IMG/VR virus record: IMGVR_UViG_3300025133_009608
Span: 1-64,000 of that record
Strand: one strand, 5' to 3'
DNA: 64,000 bases
Shown: positions 10,101 to 20,029 of the stretch, piece after piece
Position numbering within the stretch: the first letter of the stretch is position 1
How the letters are laid out: every line of letters starts with the position of its first letter
Notes under the pieces: generated by a model
Databases searched by the model: none
What the model saw: only the letters and a program-made list of their open reading frames with translations
What the model was told of the DNA's origin: nothing
Program-made: the position numbers and the translations under genes

Positions 10101-10672
10101 CCGGTATAATTTACATGAGAGTTATATATTTTTTCCAAAACCTCCTGCAGAGTACCTGCCTGGAGCGACACACTGGCTGCGGCGCTAGCAACAGTGGCCG
10201 AATCCTTTACGAATACTGCTTGCGCGTAGTGCCTATTTGTTGCGTCTGGGTGAACGTGGGCAGATAAAATAGCCGATAACTCCTCCAGCGCCTGAATGAA
10301 ATTATCAATTCTAGAATCTATTATTGAAATTTGGTCTTCCAAAACTTGTGTTGGAAAGTCTAATCTTAATTTTGATTCAGAAATTGCCGCGACCTTAGAC
10401 ACATCTGAGTTAGTTACTGGGCCCGAAAGAATATTTGCGATATCTAGGGCGGACTTCTTTATGTTGCCCTCTTCATCTAATGCGTTTCCCAATCTTGTGG
10501 CTACAGTATTTCCCGCAGAACCCTGAGGATTAACTCCGAGAGTTTGCTCAATTTGAAAAATGGCAGAGCGGAAAGAGTTTAAAACATCAGAGCCAATTTC
10601 AGTTATGTTATCTCGAATAACTGGAATCTCTACTGAGGTATCTAATTTATTTGGATATTTTGATTTTGACAT
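7121..10672 (-). CDS. Large virion appendage protein with C-terminal pectin-lyase-like beta-helix (tailspike-like)
   Basis: 1183 aa. N-terminus is paralogous to 10676..15442. HFTDIKAAVDY...VLIKEGTFYV...VSGSGPGT is a typical beta-helix cap, followed by strand repeats. Confidence 0.6.
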   Translation of the reverse strand: MSKSKYPNKLDTSVEIPVIRDNITEIGSDVLNSFRSAIFQIEQTLGVNPQGSAGNTVATRLGNALDEEGNIKKSALDIANILSGPVTNSDVSKVAAISESKLRLDFPTQVLEDQISIIDSRIDNFIQALEELSAILSAHVHPDATNRHYAQAVFVKDSATVASAAASVSLQAGTLQEVLEKIYNSHVNYTGDNISETNNSHTAGQVFYDKTGTSDVIFSDSVQGAIEDLVEIESKGIRNANLNFNSNGIIRTGSVYDANEGTSAGSTLVSAASVNYTGPTEKSTEEIMFITPQEDLYGVRRYDTLTLFDSLLPEDDKEYIIADVTKDVDDKIESVTVFGGPTGDSKSGVSAVITRNIYRPYNENALNCCVRPRYLKTNTPDIFVANPDSATAISYGIRPSEITELLNMLAIDIDGNEVEIDVYDPVIGATGQQTINSIVNMINSAAVSDRLGVMAYKVRSLGCYELAIAHVLPNRSGGKNRTITIKEAAANDCSEQIGLQYLVDTEIEGSTGNSHHINGYLLSGFGGIIELNSESVSLSTGTSNVDLNSEDESFYKMGVRAGDLAIINDAIDSSDNGTYRIKNVFPDSIALDHSDYTFADSLDENSSFAIMRASAPVGEMEFDEIGSNGSILFDVFTTEDGDVFYDKRMLVNGQASESTFEAVVIDASKGFIVDGDVATINFTDGPVYVTLTDPNSNTSDPVFVGASGRYKIRSADGMSFVVIDVWTRASGELSVPVAVELTGFAEPASSVLHLCRGAYSTNLGMVLGHRSGSALLGGLAEDIGVPALIDKRSTGTVDHTIIGESVLERYIQGPRNELRGCGIIRGMNLESIVDNGDGTFSAKVNPGVAVVNGIRHEFFGAQDLILEHSGSFYIAFSAEGCLVSGVETTNGLSPFSNQSVAHIAKYQLSSASILDLRLFIDHMDYKAIGDIVVANDQRFGHFTDIKAAVDYSREFSKMFPEMSAPSVLIKEGTFYVSATINLDFDIKVSGSGPGTMIVRHSSYHPDAANAKYFENSIFEIGAFSGDSIEGGVTISDLTYLGRDDTITLADSVIVMLHNEESSKASFLIRGVRFIAGANYSIDSAHPTSAGNSVPNEMPIRIGDEYNGDFENIHVTECHFDGIGLPTGVIFLDNGNNYRNINISGNCSVRSIHSDYSLIDSTTLGTGYDETGIQETSNVIEYVL

Positions 10673-10675
10673 TAC

Positions 10676-13600
10676 CTACTCCCGACCCTTTTTGCTCTTT
10701 CTGTCTTTTCTTTTTGGCTCCAAGATCGGCTTCCCCCTCTCGTCCGTCCAGCTGGCCGCAATAATGTGCGGGTCCTTTCGATCCCCGATGACCATCCATG
10801 AGATTTCATCAGTGCAATCATCTGATTTTGCCACTATTGTTAAGACTCCCATGTTAACGCTACCGCGAACGGGCGTCCAGCCTGACTCGTTTGATGTAAA
10901 GCACTGGACAAAGTCGCACAGCGAGTTAAACGTACCATTCTCCATTCCAAACTCCGCGTCTATATCTATCGATGCAGATCCCATAACTAAATCAACGACT
11001 CCACGATATATCAAATCTGCCCTTGGGCCCTCGATAAAAGAGTGCACGAGATCATGAGTCTCGCTCATTTCAACAAGTGGATGTCGAATCTTAAAGGTGC
11101 CAGACCCCTTGCTCAACACACCTGCGACTTGGAGGTCGTTATCGATATACACGTCCCAGTCGAAGGAAGATTCGTTACCGCCGTTTGTATGGATATCGGC
11201 GCAGTAAATCTCCCCGTCCGCCCTTACGTCGAGGTCAACTGCGAGGTCAGTTACAACCGCCCCTGTTATAGTCAGGTTTTTAACCTCCATAGATTCAATC
11301 TCAGAGCTATTGGCGTAAAGTGTATCGTCGAGATGAATATTTTCTGCCCAGATAGTGTTCGCCTTGCTGACAGAGTCGCTCACAGGCGAATAATCTCCAA
11401 GGTCTATATACCCATCTCCATTGTGGTCATATCCAATTTTAATATTCTCACCGGCCGGTATTCCTTCGTTATCATCCACAAGACTTACTCTTAAGGCTCC
11501 AGATCGTAGGGTCGGAGTCCAAACGTAGTTGGTTGCAAATATTTCACTAGCGATGACCTCCTCCTCGGCCTTTAAAACATAGCACGTTATATTTCCACTG
11601 AGGAGGGAATCTGGACTTTCGCCCCCCCCGACATCCAGAGCTTTAAGGCCGAGATATGACCCAGCTGGATCATTTATCATTATTGATCCTTCAATTATTG
11701 CCCCCGCAAGACTCAGGTCGCCACCGGCGCTCAGGTCGCCACCGATGCTCAGGTGCCGACTGATGCGATCTCCCCACGCGTATTGATCTTCAGGGTCCAT
11801 GGCGCAAAAATCACTTCCATTATTATCCGCATTTATATTTCCAAATATCTGAACGTTATTTCCGGGAGGACACTCATCAAAGCCGAATATGCTACGGGGT
11901 CCGTCCTGGAATATCGCGATATTTCCGGCCCCAGGATAAGCCCCGTCCCCAGAGCCTCTAAACGTATTATTTAAAATATTAATATTCTGACAAAGAGATG
12001 CGTCTGGATCGATTGAAATATATGAATTTAAAAATTGACAACCCTTAATTGATATGTTCCCAAAACAATCTTCAGACGACATCGAGGGATCGAGGTCAAC
12101 TCCCAAAACCCTAATACCACCGCTCTGAGGAGATAAATAACTAGAGTAATCAAATATTATTCCGCTGAATCTTGCTCCCCAATTTATATTATTATTATCG
12201 GAGTCTTTTATTGCCGGGTCTATGACGAAGACTTTTGACAATTTTAATGTAAAATCCGACAGGCTTACAAAGCCGGCCCCTATACCCTGGTGCGCGGCCG
12301 GTGCCGAATCAGAAACTCCAGGGCCCGCAAGAAAGATTGCACCGTGCCTTTCCTGAGAGATTATCTTGTCGGCCTCGGTATCTGAGTATGAATTTGTTAT
12401 ATCCAATACTGTTGACTCTCCCTCTCCGGTAATATTCAGTGGAAAATTTATATAAATACCGTCCCTTGCCACGGAAGGTATAAGATCTGCCGTATCAGCC
12501 CCGACGGCCGGGAGGCCGGTATCTACGCTTACTATGTGCGTCCCCGATTTCAAATGAACCGTCGGAACTCCGGCAAAAGGAAATAAGTCCGAAAATCTCT
12601 TTGCATATTTTATTGCTTTATTTATACTCGAAAAATGCCCCATTCCAGGCTGAGGGCTGACCGTTATTGAGTTAAGAAGCTTCAAATCTAAATCATTTAT
12701 AAATAGCCGCAAGTCATAAGCCGTAGCATCTGGATCGCTCCACTCTATAGAGCCCAAAGCACAAAACTCTCCGGAGTCAAACGGAGAAGCGCACGTTATG
12801 GCGTCAGCTAGGGCGAAAACAACCTCTCCCCATTCATTTATTGCGACAAATATCTTATCGCCGCCTAAAGCTCCGGAATTCTCAATCTCAGTCTTTAAAC
12901 TTATCTTTTCTAAAATCTCAAATCGGGTGCCCTTTACGTAGCAAACTCCGGATGAGATATCAATAACATACTTCCCGCCCTCTATTGCTCCAGAGGCCGC
13001 AGTTGAAAGCTCCACTCCACGAATCACTCCATTGGATCGCATTTCAGAAATTGGAGCCTCAAGCACCTTCGATATCGCGCTACTCCCAAGATCCTTAGCC
13101 CCCGAGAGCCCGCGCTCGACGCGAGAAAATACCCTGGGAGTTGTGCTTCCTGCTCCGGTTATTCTTCCATTCCCACTTTCAACGAGGAGCCTTCCCAGGA
13201 ATAGGTTTTCCTCCATACTTGCTTCGGGCGCTCCAACTATAGAAACCGACGTTGAATCACTTGTTAGCGAATCAATATAGGAATAAAAATCCGAAACATC
13301 GTCTATATATAATCTAATTTTCAAATTAGATATCCCAGAAAAAATATCCTTATATATCCTTTTCCCAATTGACAACCTCTCTATTCTCCCTCCATCCAGG
13401 GAAAATAAAACCGAAGATGTTATCGGGTCTATAGATATCTCCAATTCGGCGTCTTCGCTTAAGTCGCCAGAAAAGTCCGATATAGCAAATCGGGCTCGAT
13501 CGCCCAAGTCATATGGAGCTTCATACACCATTCTTTTTTTGGAAAATATATTTCTATCTTTATCCATAAAAATATCAACCAAGGCATGGGCAGGGTGGGA

Positions 13601-15442
13601 GGATACTTCATCGAATGAGAGCGAGTCGAATGAAACCGAATTCTTATACACTAAAAACTGAGGAGTATTAAGAGTCGATAATTTTGGCTGCCCAGAATCA
13701 GTGATAATCTTTGTCGAAGATATAGAGTCAATTCTATAAGAGCTAGCGCCTGCTGCACTGATAATGTTTATCAAATCATGCTTTGCTAGCTCATCTTTTG
13801 TAAAATCTGCAGTCCTGGTTTCTATGGAGCTCGTCAGGTCGGTGATTACAGGGACTTCACTATTTATTTTTTCTCCCAACCCAGAATAAGCCGAACCCTG
13901 GATGAAGTACTCATTATCAGGCTGCGAGTCAACTTCAACGCCATCTATGTGAGCAAAGCCAACGGAATCAATCCCGTCATCAGTAACTCTTGAGGCTGTT
14001 AGCGTATATGCCGTTGTGGCGTTACTTGGTATATTGTGTACTATGGCAATCTCAGATGACAACCCTTCAACGTCAAGCCTGTATGCTAACGCCGGATGTG
14101 CGCCCTCGGAAAGCTGTTCATTTATTTCACGAATAATTGTATCTATTGTCTGCGCCGGGTCTACAGAGGAATAAAGATCCAGAGTTAATGCGTCACCACT
14201 TTCAAATGTTAGTTTAAAATAGCGATTAGAGTTACTAATCTCGCTCGGCCTACAGCCGGAGGTTACAATAGCTGCAGCTTCTGGGTTTGAAATCTGAATA
14301 ATCCCCGATGACGTTTTGTCTGCAAACTGCACCACTCCCAGTAGTAATCCAGTCTGAATTGATGGTTGATTCTTATTCTTTAAAATCTTGGCCTGATCTC
14401 CAGAAAAGGAATCTGCAACAAGCCTCCCAAACACCTCTACGGACTCCACCTTTTCATCTACAATGGTGGCGCTAGAGATCTGCATGTCCTTGGTCTCGCC
14501 ATCGCCTACCGTAACTCTAACTATATCTGACGCCTCGACCCCGTAAGAGGACATCTCCTGTGGAGAGTCAAAGCTTACCACGGAAGTGTTCCTTGTATCA
14601 TATGTGCTGTACTTTGAATGTGATGCGTCAGAATCGTCTACAGTTGTTCTTCCGTCGTTAATATCAGAAACACTCGTTGATACTATATTTCTGGCGGCAC
14701 CATTTTGATGAAAAATATTTTGATGATCATCCAGTTGGCGGTTGGCCAGATTGATAGTCTCCTCTATTGCCCCCTGAGTATCGTCCGATTGAATATCTCC
14801 AGAGACATTGGCTCGATCAAAAAACACCTGATTTGCAGAATGAGACTTATTCAGAGAGGATATGTCGGAGCCATCATAATTTATATGGGATCCATAAATA
14901 TCTTCAAATACTTCCTGTGCGGTTGCGGACGGCGTAAAATTGGTTGCAACCGACTGGCTTCCGTTTCCTATCTCGTCTACAGTTATCGCCATCGCCCGGT
15001 GCCTATTTGTTGCGTCCAAATGCACATGGGCCGTCAATATTGCGGCAATCTCATCTAGGCGGCCTATATACCGGTCTATCTCTCCAACTAGGGCGAGAAC
15101 TTCCTGCTGAATAAGTCCAGTTGGAAAGTCCAGATTTAATTTGGACTCGGAAATCGCAGCAGCAGAAGAAACATCAGAATTAGATATTGGGCCAGAAACC
15201 AATCCGGCCATACTTAGTGCCTCTTTGGATATGTTTCCATTTCCATCTAACGCTCGATTCAATCTATCTGCTACCGAGTTCCCAACCGCACCCTGCGGAT
15301 TTACTCCCAGAGTTCTTTCTATTTGAAATATCGCGGACCTAAGGCTATTCAGAACGTCTGAGCCCACCTCCACAATATTATCGCGTACGGCCGGTATTTC
15401 AATAGATGAATCTAGTTCACTTGGATACTTTGATTTTGACAT
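10676..15442 (-). CDS. Large virion appendage protein with beta-helix and C-terminal intramolecular-chaperone-like domain
   Basis: 1588 aa. Contains HFSSINKAIKY...VHLKSGTH...ITGEGESTVL. The C-terminal SKGSGTFKIRHP...LVHSFIEGPRADLIYRG...ISWMVIGDRKD is a domain commonly ending phage fibres. Confidence 0.6.
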   Translation of the reverse strand: MSKSKYPSELDSSIEIPAVRDNIVEVGSDVLNSLRSAIFQIERTLGVNPQGAVGNSVADRLNRALDGNGNISKEALSMAGLVSGPISNSDVSSAAAISESKLNLDFPTGLIQQEVLALVGEIDRYIGRLDEIAAILTAHVHLDATNRHRAMAITVDEIGNGSQSVATNFTPSATAQEVFEDIYGSHINYDGSDISSLNKSHSANQVFFDRANVSGDIQSDDTQGAIEETINLANRQLDDHQNIFHQNGAARNIVSTSVSDINDGRTTVDDSDASHSKYSTYDTRNTSVVSFDSPQEMSSYGVEASDIVRVTVGDGETKDMQISSATIVDEKVESVEVFGRLVADSFSGDQAKILKNKNQPSIQTGLLLGVVQFADKTSSGIIQISNPEAAAIVTSGCRPSEISNSNRYFKLTFESGDALTLDLYSSVDPAQTIDTIIREINEQLSEGAHPALAYRLDVEGLSSEIAIVHNIPSNATTAYTLTASRVTDDGIDSVGFAHIDGVEVDSQPDNEYFIQGSAYSGLGEKINSEVPVITDLTSSIETRTADFTKDELAKHDLINIISAAGASSYRIDSISSTKIITDSGQPKLSTLNTPQFLVYKNSVSFDSLSFDEVSSHPAHALVDIFMDKDRNIFSKKRMVYEAPYDLGDRARFAISDFSGDLSEDAELEISIDPITSSVLFSLDGGRIERLSIGKRIYKDIFSGISNLKIRLYIDDVSDFYSYIDSLTSDSTSVSIVGAPEASMEENLFLGRLLVESGNGRITGAGSTTPRVFSRVERGLSGAKDLGSSAISKVLEAPISEMRSNGVIRGVELSTAASGAIEGGKYVIDISSGVCYVKGTRFEILEKISLKTEIENSGALGGDKIFVAINEWGEVVFALADAITCASPFDSGEFCALGSIEWSDPDATAYDLRLFINDLDLKLLNSITVSPQPGMGHFSSINKAIKYAKRFSDLFPFAGVPTVHLKSGTHIVSVDTGLPAVGADTADLIPSVARDGIYINFPLNITGEGESTVLDITNSYSDTEADKIISQERHGAIFLAGPGVSDSAPAAHQGIGAGFVSLSDFTLKLSKVFVIDPAIKDSDNNNINWGARFSGIIFDYSSYLSPQSGGIRVLGVDLDPSMSSEDCFGNISIKGCQFLNSYISIDPDASLCQNINILNNTFRGSGDGAYPGAGNIAIFQDGPRSIFGFDECPPGNNVQIFGNINADNNGSDFCAMDPEDQYAWGDRISRHLSIGGDLSAGGDLSLAGAIIEGSIMINDPAGSYLGLKALDVGGGESPDSLLSGNITCYVLKAEEEVIASEIFATNYVWTPTLRSGALRVSLVDDNEGIPAGENIKIGYDHNGDGYIDLGDYSPVSDSVSKANTIWAENIHLDDTLYANSSEIESMEVKNLTITGAVVTDLAVDLDVRADGEIYCADIHTNGGNESSFDWDVYIDNDLQVAGVLSKGSGTFKIRHPLVEMSETHDLVHSFIEGPRADLIYRGVVDLVMGSASIDIDAEFGMENGTFNSLCDFVQCFTSNESGWTPVRGSVNMGVLTIVAKSDDCTDEISWMVIGDRKDPHIIAASWTDERGKPILEPKRKDRKSKKGRE

Positions 15443-15500
15443 TTAACTTCCCTAAATAACTACAACCTAGTAGAAAAAATTAGCATTAAAATCAACAATT

Positions 15501-15908
15501 TTAATTAGCAATAGAGTCCGCAATCATAAAAGACCCGTAAGACATACCCATCCCGAGAACGAAGAATCCAGCATTTTCCCATGTGTTAAATCTATTTCGA
15601 CGATTGTACCGATCGATAAGATTCTGGTGCGTATTTGTAAGCTCTATATAATATGAGAGCTGCTCTCTCGTGCTATCCATATTTATTCTATATAGGTCTA
15701 TCTGCTGTGTTCTTATCGCATCCAGGGCGATATATTGCTCCAACTCTTTTTCTTTTATCTCTAACTCTTCGATTCTGCCCAAAAGTCCAGTGGCTTCTTC
15801 TATGGTAAAAACATAAGATTCTACCTCTAGAGTCGTTCCTGCCGGCATAACATCTCCGGCGTTTGCAGCGGAGATAGACAAAATAAATATAAAAATAGCC
15901 CTAAGCAT
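15501..15908 (-). CDS. Exported protein: signal peptide, coiled coil, C-terminal hydrophobic segment (spanin-like?)
   Basis: MLRAIFIFILSISAANA signal with no lipobox Cys. C-terminal AGFFVLGMGMSYGSFMIA. Confidence 0.5.
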   Translation of the reverse strand: MLRAIFIFILSISAANAGDVMPAGTTLEVESYVFTIEEATGLLGRIEELEIKEKELEQYIALDAIRTQQIDLYRINMDSTREQLSYYIELTNTHQNLIDRYNRRNRFNTWENAGFFVLGMGMSYGSFMIADSIAN

Positions 15909-16101
15909 CGATTTCTATCCGGTTATCCTCTTCCGTGTATTCTACGAAATCTGGATTTACATGCGCTTTTAAATCATTTATATTTATAAGCAGATACTCA
16001 GTTCTATTTGCGGCGGACTTATCAATTGCAGAATTTAGCAAATCCTCCATTCCCTTTGTCATTCCACTTTCTTCTTTTAGTTTTAATAATTTTTCGTACA
16101 T
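15901..16101 (-). CDS. Small hypothetical protein
   Basis: Start abuts the upstream stop; overlaps the downstream start. Confidence 0.5.
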   Translation of the reverse strand: MYEKLLKLKEESGMTKGMEDLLNSAIDKSAANRTEYLLININDLKAHVNPDFVEYTEEDNRIEIDA

Positions 16102-16461
16102 TTAAAATCCCCTATCGTCAAAGAACTCGTCCAGCTCCTCGTTAGAAATATCTTTTTTCGGCTCTATCGCATCTAGAGCTTCGAGTTGCTTTCTGATTTC
16201 AGACTCTCTTTCTTCTAGAGTTCTTATTTTACTCTCATTGAGATTAATATCTTTTTGTTTTTGCTCAATCTTTATTTCGGTCCTTACTTTTTCAAGCTCT
16301 AGTTCTAGTATTTTTCTTGAATTTGAGCTATTCCGAAAAATAAAAACCGCCACAAAGCCTACAACTCCGATTATTGCGGCGACTATAAGCTTTACTTTCG
16401 CAGACAATGAGCAAACAGCCTCCCAAGCGAGCGAAAAAAATCCGCTATCATCCTTGCTCAT
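16102..16461 (-). CDS. Putative i-spanin (Rz-like): one TM plus coiled coil
   Basis: TM LIVAAIIGVVGFVAVFIF followed by a long E/K heptad region; follows the holin-like gene. Confidence 0.5.
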   Translation of the reverse strand: MSKDDSGFFSLAWEAVCSLSAKVKLIVAAIIGVVGFVAVFIFRNSSNSRKILELELEKVRTEIKIEQKQKDINLNESKIRTLEERESEIRKQLEALDAIEPKKDISNEELDEFFDDRGF

Positions 16462-16723
16462 CTTGGCCCTCTTTCGCCTTCGGCGGCGCTTCGTCTTCTT
16501 CGTATTTTTTATCTGTCCATCTCCTGGTCACATATGCCGAAAATGTTGCCGCCAAGTAGGCTGTCATCGTCGCGGCCTCCATTGGCTGAAAGCTGATGTC
16601 AAAATCAGAATAAGCAATTCTTCCAAATGTGGCTAATAAAATATTAAACGTAACCACTCCAAATGCTATTAGCGCGAATGTTAGCATTGCATCTTTTTTT
16701 CCACTTGTGTTCTTAACCCACAT
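16448..16723 (-). CDS. Putative holin (2 TM)
   Basis: 91 aa with two hydrophobic segments and a charged C-terminal tail. Confidence 0.5.
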   Translation of the reverse strand: MWVKNTSGKKDAMLTFALIAFGVVTFNILLATFGRIAYSDFDISFQPMEAATMTAYLAATFSAYVTRRWTDKKYEEDEAPPKAKEGQDEQG

Positions 16724-16734
16724 ATCTTTCCTCC

Positions 16735-18729
16735 TTATGCGTTGAATGAAAACGGAAATTGATACCCAACATCTGTTTTATCCAGTCTTTTTAATTTAAG
16801 CTTTTGCCGCGTAAAGTGACGATAAAATAACTTATCCTTTGTAACGTCCAATACTTCATAGATATATTCTATATCGTCATTAAAATCGAACCTAACGATC
16901 AAATCTCTATCGCGGACTGCTGGGGCCGGAAGCGTCCAGCACTGTGGCTCGTACGACTGCTCTAGATGAGCATGGGCGCCGAGCTTAAGATCTTCGGTTG
17001 TATCTCCGAACATAACCATTAGGCGGCGATCCTCTCTTCTCCTATTCTCAAACTGATCAAACCCTCCTACATATCCGGTCCCATAGCACAACTTGCATCC
17101 CTTTGTTTTTGGATGATTTCTTCTGGAGGTCGAGCAGCTACAGGTCGCCCCCTCCCACATTCTCCGAAGAAGAATTACCGGCTCTCCGGTCTGGTCGAGC
17201 AGCACCTCCTCTCTATTTAGCATTCTATCAAATATGTTCATCCCCCTCATGCCGTTGAACTCTCCGCCCAAGTAGCTTCCGCAGTCTGAATTATTTTTGC
17301 CCTGAAGAATATTCTGAGGAATTGCCTGATGATATCCGCAAAAATCAAATCCTTGAAAGAATTTTTGATCATTATCCGTATAGTCCGTAACAACCAGTCC
17401 AACGTTATCCACCTCTCTTCCGCTGAGAACTCCCTCATAATGTGGAGTTGCCATGACGATAACCGTATTACTGTCCTGACAGGCCAAAAACATCTTTACA
17501 GAGTCCCCGCTCAGGTATATGCCGGGACTCGTCCCGTTCAGCCCCCGACCTCCGGTTGGCACCAAAAATGAAGTAGCAGTTTTGGCTGTATATTTTATGA
17601 CCTCTGAGGAGTTTATAATCAAATTACCACTGGACGGATATCCATCTGTGGAGTCAACATTTATAATTGTATCATCTTCAACAGTTAGCTCTGATATGAC
17701 TACCTGCGCAGGAATCAGATAAAGCCCATCTGCTGCAACCTCCATCTCCTCCAGGAGCAGCGTCCCCCTAAAGGCCTCTAGAGCTCTAACCGCGAAGCTC
17801 TGAGTTAAGCCGGGAGTGAATCCCGCAACAGTTGCGGAGCTAACTGTAGATGCTGCAATATATTTTGGAGCAGAATCAAAAATTTCAAGTCTAGAACTAT
17901 TTTGATATATTAACGCAAAACTATCGCCACGATAGGACCTAGAAATTGGCTTGTACCACTCTAACTCCATCTCTGTCCCCTTTCCTGTGCAAGAAGCCTT
18001 CTTTATTCCCTGATCCCTTCCAACAAAGGAAACCTGCGGAAATACAGATGGCAATATCGCAGATGGTAAGGCAATCGAAAAATCAACCTTTCCTATTTTC
18101 TTATTACCAGAGAGATCCTGAACCGAGTAGCCAAGAACGTAGCTCCCCGACCTAAGCGACTCTTTCGGCTCTATTCGTATTGACACACCATTTGTTATTT
18201 TTCTAATTTCGGAAAGCTCCCCGTCGAATTGGGCCTCGAACTCCCCTCCCTTCATCACGTCTAATTTGTTTAAAAATATGTTTACAGAAGACTCATCTAC
18301 ATCATCGATTGTATCTGAAAATTGCAAAAACAATACCTGATCTGATTTTAAGATATCTCCAGACTTTGGAGATGAAATCTCTAGCATTGGCTCTGCACGT
18401 ACGGTTCTGAATAGATAGGATGTATTAAAAAATTTTCCGTTCAGATCCTGGACCTGAACCTGAACCTTGATCGCCTCTCCTGTTTTAAATTCTTCCTCAG
18501 GGTGGATTACTATTTCTACATTTTCACCATCAAACAGTATATCGGAGTGGCCAGCGTCAAACCCGTCTTTAAATTCGAGCTGATCGACCGCCAGCTTTCC
18601 GGAAATAATCACTGCGATCGAAGATGTGTCAATTCCACTTCCATCGTCAACTATCGTTAACTCTATTAGTGAATCTAAATCTACAAGCTTCTCGCCCTCT
18701 GCTGGCGACTGCCCCGCTATAGACAACAT
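16735..18729 (-). CDS. Neck/head-closure protein with N-terminal Ig-like repeats
   Basis: Two Ig-like repeats and an FN3-like segment. C-terminal GEPVILLRR...CSC...CKLCYGTGYVGGF...WTLPAPAVRDRDLIV resembles Cys-containing neck proteins of large myoviruses. Confidence 0.55.
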   Translation of the reverse strand: MLSIAGQSPAEGEKLVDLDSLIELTIVDDGSGIDTSSIAVIISGKLAVDQLEFKDGFDAGHSDILFDGENVEIVIHPEEEFKTGEAIKVQVQVQDLNGKFFNTSYLFRTVRAEPMLEISSPKSGDILKSDQVLFLQFSDTIDDVDESSVNIFLNKLDVMKGGEFEAQFDGELSEIRKITNGVSIRIEPKESLRSGSYVLGYSVQDLSGNKKIGKVDFSIALPSAILPSVFPQVSFVGRDQGIKKASCTGKGTEMELEWYKPISRSYRGDSFALIYQNSSRLEIFDSAPKYIAASTVSSATVAGFTPGLTQSFAVRALEAFRGTLLLEEMEVAADGLYLIPAQVVISELTVEDDTIINVDSTDGYPSSGNLIINSSEVIKYTAKTATSFLVPTGGRGLNGTSPGIYLSGDSVKMFLACQDSNTVIVMATPHYEGVLSGREVDNVGLVVTDYTDNDQKFFQGFDFCGYHQAIPQNILQGKNNSDCGSYLGGEFNGMRGMNIFDRMLNREEVLLDQTGEPVILLRRMWEGATCSCSTSRRNHPKTKGCKLCYGTGYVGGFDQFENRRREDRRLMVMFGDTTEDLKLGAHAHLEQSYEPQCWTLPAPAVRDRDLIVRFDFNDDIEYIYEVLDVTKDKLFYRHFTRQKLKLKRLDKTDVGYQFPFSFNA

Positions 18730-18762
18730 CTTACCTCCCGTTCCTCAAAAAGAGGCTTTCTA

Positions 18763-19224
18763 TTAATAGATATCTTGATCCCAATCTGCCGATAACACTC
18801 CGGATATATTTAGGGCCAAAAGATATCTGTAATCTAAATTGTCTACCGTTCTATACTGACTTATCTGATCTCCAGAAATCGCATATACTTTATCCCCACT
18901 TTCAAAATAGCCAAACCCCTGACACCCTGGGGACTCTCCTGCAATCTGGTGATAATTTATTCTCGGAACAACTATCGAGTCTATGGCTTTGTTTAAAAAC
19001 AAATGCACTGCCTTTTTTATTTTTAATGCATCCTTCCCAAGATAGAATAGATCTGATTCTTCTAGATCATCCACAGATATATCTTCTATATTAAGATTCA
19101 ATTGAGAGTTAATAACCAAAGAATCTTCAACGGAAATCATCGAGATGAGGGTTCGCATTTTTATAATAGACGAAATTGTTACTGAGCCTGGTAGCTCTAC
19201 AATTATATATCTAAAATTTGCCAA
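18763..19224 (-). CDS. Hypothetical protein
   Basis: Co-oriented ORF (TTG start). Confidence 0.5.
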   Translation of the reverse strand: MANFRYIIVELPGSVTISSIIKMRTLISMISVEDSLVINSQLNLNIEDISVDDLEESDLFYLGKDALKIKKAVHLFLNKAIDSIVVPRINYHQIAGESPGCQGFGYFESGDKVYAISGDQISQYRTVDNLDYRYLLALNISGVLSADWDQDIY

Positions 19225-19263
19225 CCGTAACCGCTCCTACTATATGGGCGATTATTAGCTGTG

Positions 19264-19755
19264 CTAATCTGTCAATTCTCTAAGTTCTTCCTCTTTTTTC
19301 TCGCGGTCACCTTTGGGATAATCATGATGATCCATCAGATCTTCGATATACTCTGTCATTTCCGCATCTGTTTTTGACACAGAGTCAAACTCTATTTGTC
19401 GCTGGAATGCTGCAACTTCTGATTCTTTGTCTAAGTAATTATCAGCACTATCGTCTATATTCGATCCCTCAGAAATGTGCTGCATTACATGTACCATTTC
19501 ATGGATCACGTACCTCATCATGATGTCAAAATCTTTGTCGATCAAAAGAGGGTTTAGCCTTATTGAGCCGGATACCGTCTTTGCCGTTACGTCCATATCC
19601 TCAAACTCAATCGGGACGGCAGTCAATATGTCAAGACTCTCTTTTGCCTCTTTGCAAATATCTTTTGCTATTTCATCTACCAAGAGAGATGCTCGAATTT
19701 CAATTAGAGCATCCATTTTTCTTTTAAGCGTAAAGTTCTTTCTGTTATTGCTCAT
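19264..19755 (-). CDS. Zinc metallopeptidase-like protein
   Basis: HEMVH motif with a downstream E (ESEVAAF). Confidence 0.65.
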   Translation of the reverse strand: MSNNRKNFTLKRKMDALIEIRASLLVDEIAKDICKEAKESLDILTAVPIEFEDMDVTAKTVSGSIRLNPLLIDKDFDIMMRYVIHEMVHVMQHISEGSNIDDSADNYLDKESEVAAFQRQIEFDSVSKTDAEMTEYIEDLMDHHDYPKGDREKKEEELRELTD

Positions 19756-19972
19756 CTTCCCTGGTCCCCTCTGAGAATAATGTCTCTAAATCCTCGTGTT
19801 CCCTTTTTACTGCTAATTTTGCCAAATATGAGCTCTGATTTAGCATTGAGACTCTTTCTTCTGCTTTTTTAATAAGATTCTCCAATCCCAAAAGCTCAAA
19901 TTGAATCTCATCGAAGTCCCGTGGAGACCTAAATCCGCAATATTCCATGCGACAATCATCCGGCTTTCTCAT
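19745..19972 (-). CDS. Small hypothetical protein
   Basis: RBS GGAGG, and it overlaps the next start. Confidence 0.5.
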   Translation of the reverse strand: MRKPDDCRMEYCGFRSPRDFDEIQFELLGLENLIKKAEERVSMLNQSSYLAKLAVKREHEDLETLFSEGTREDEQ

Positions 19973-20029
19973 TCTGCGCCTCCCCTCTTGTGTTGTTATT
20001 TTACTACATTAATGTTAAATTATTTATCT

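Noticed and set aside
11712-11757. Short coding micro-duplications (18 bp here; 15 bp at about 48020-48049)
   Set aside because: Ordinary slippage duplications in low-complexity linkers.
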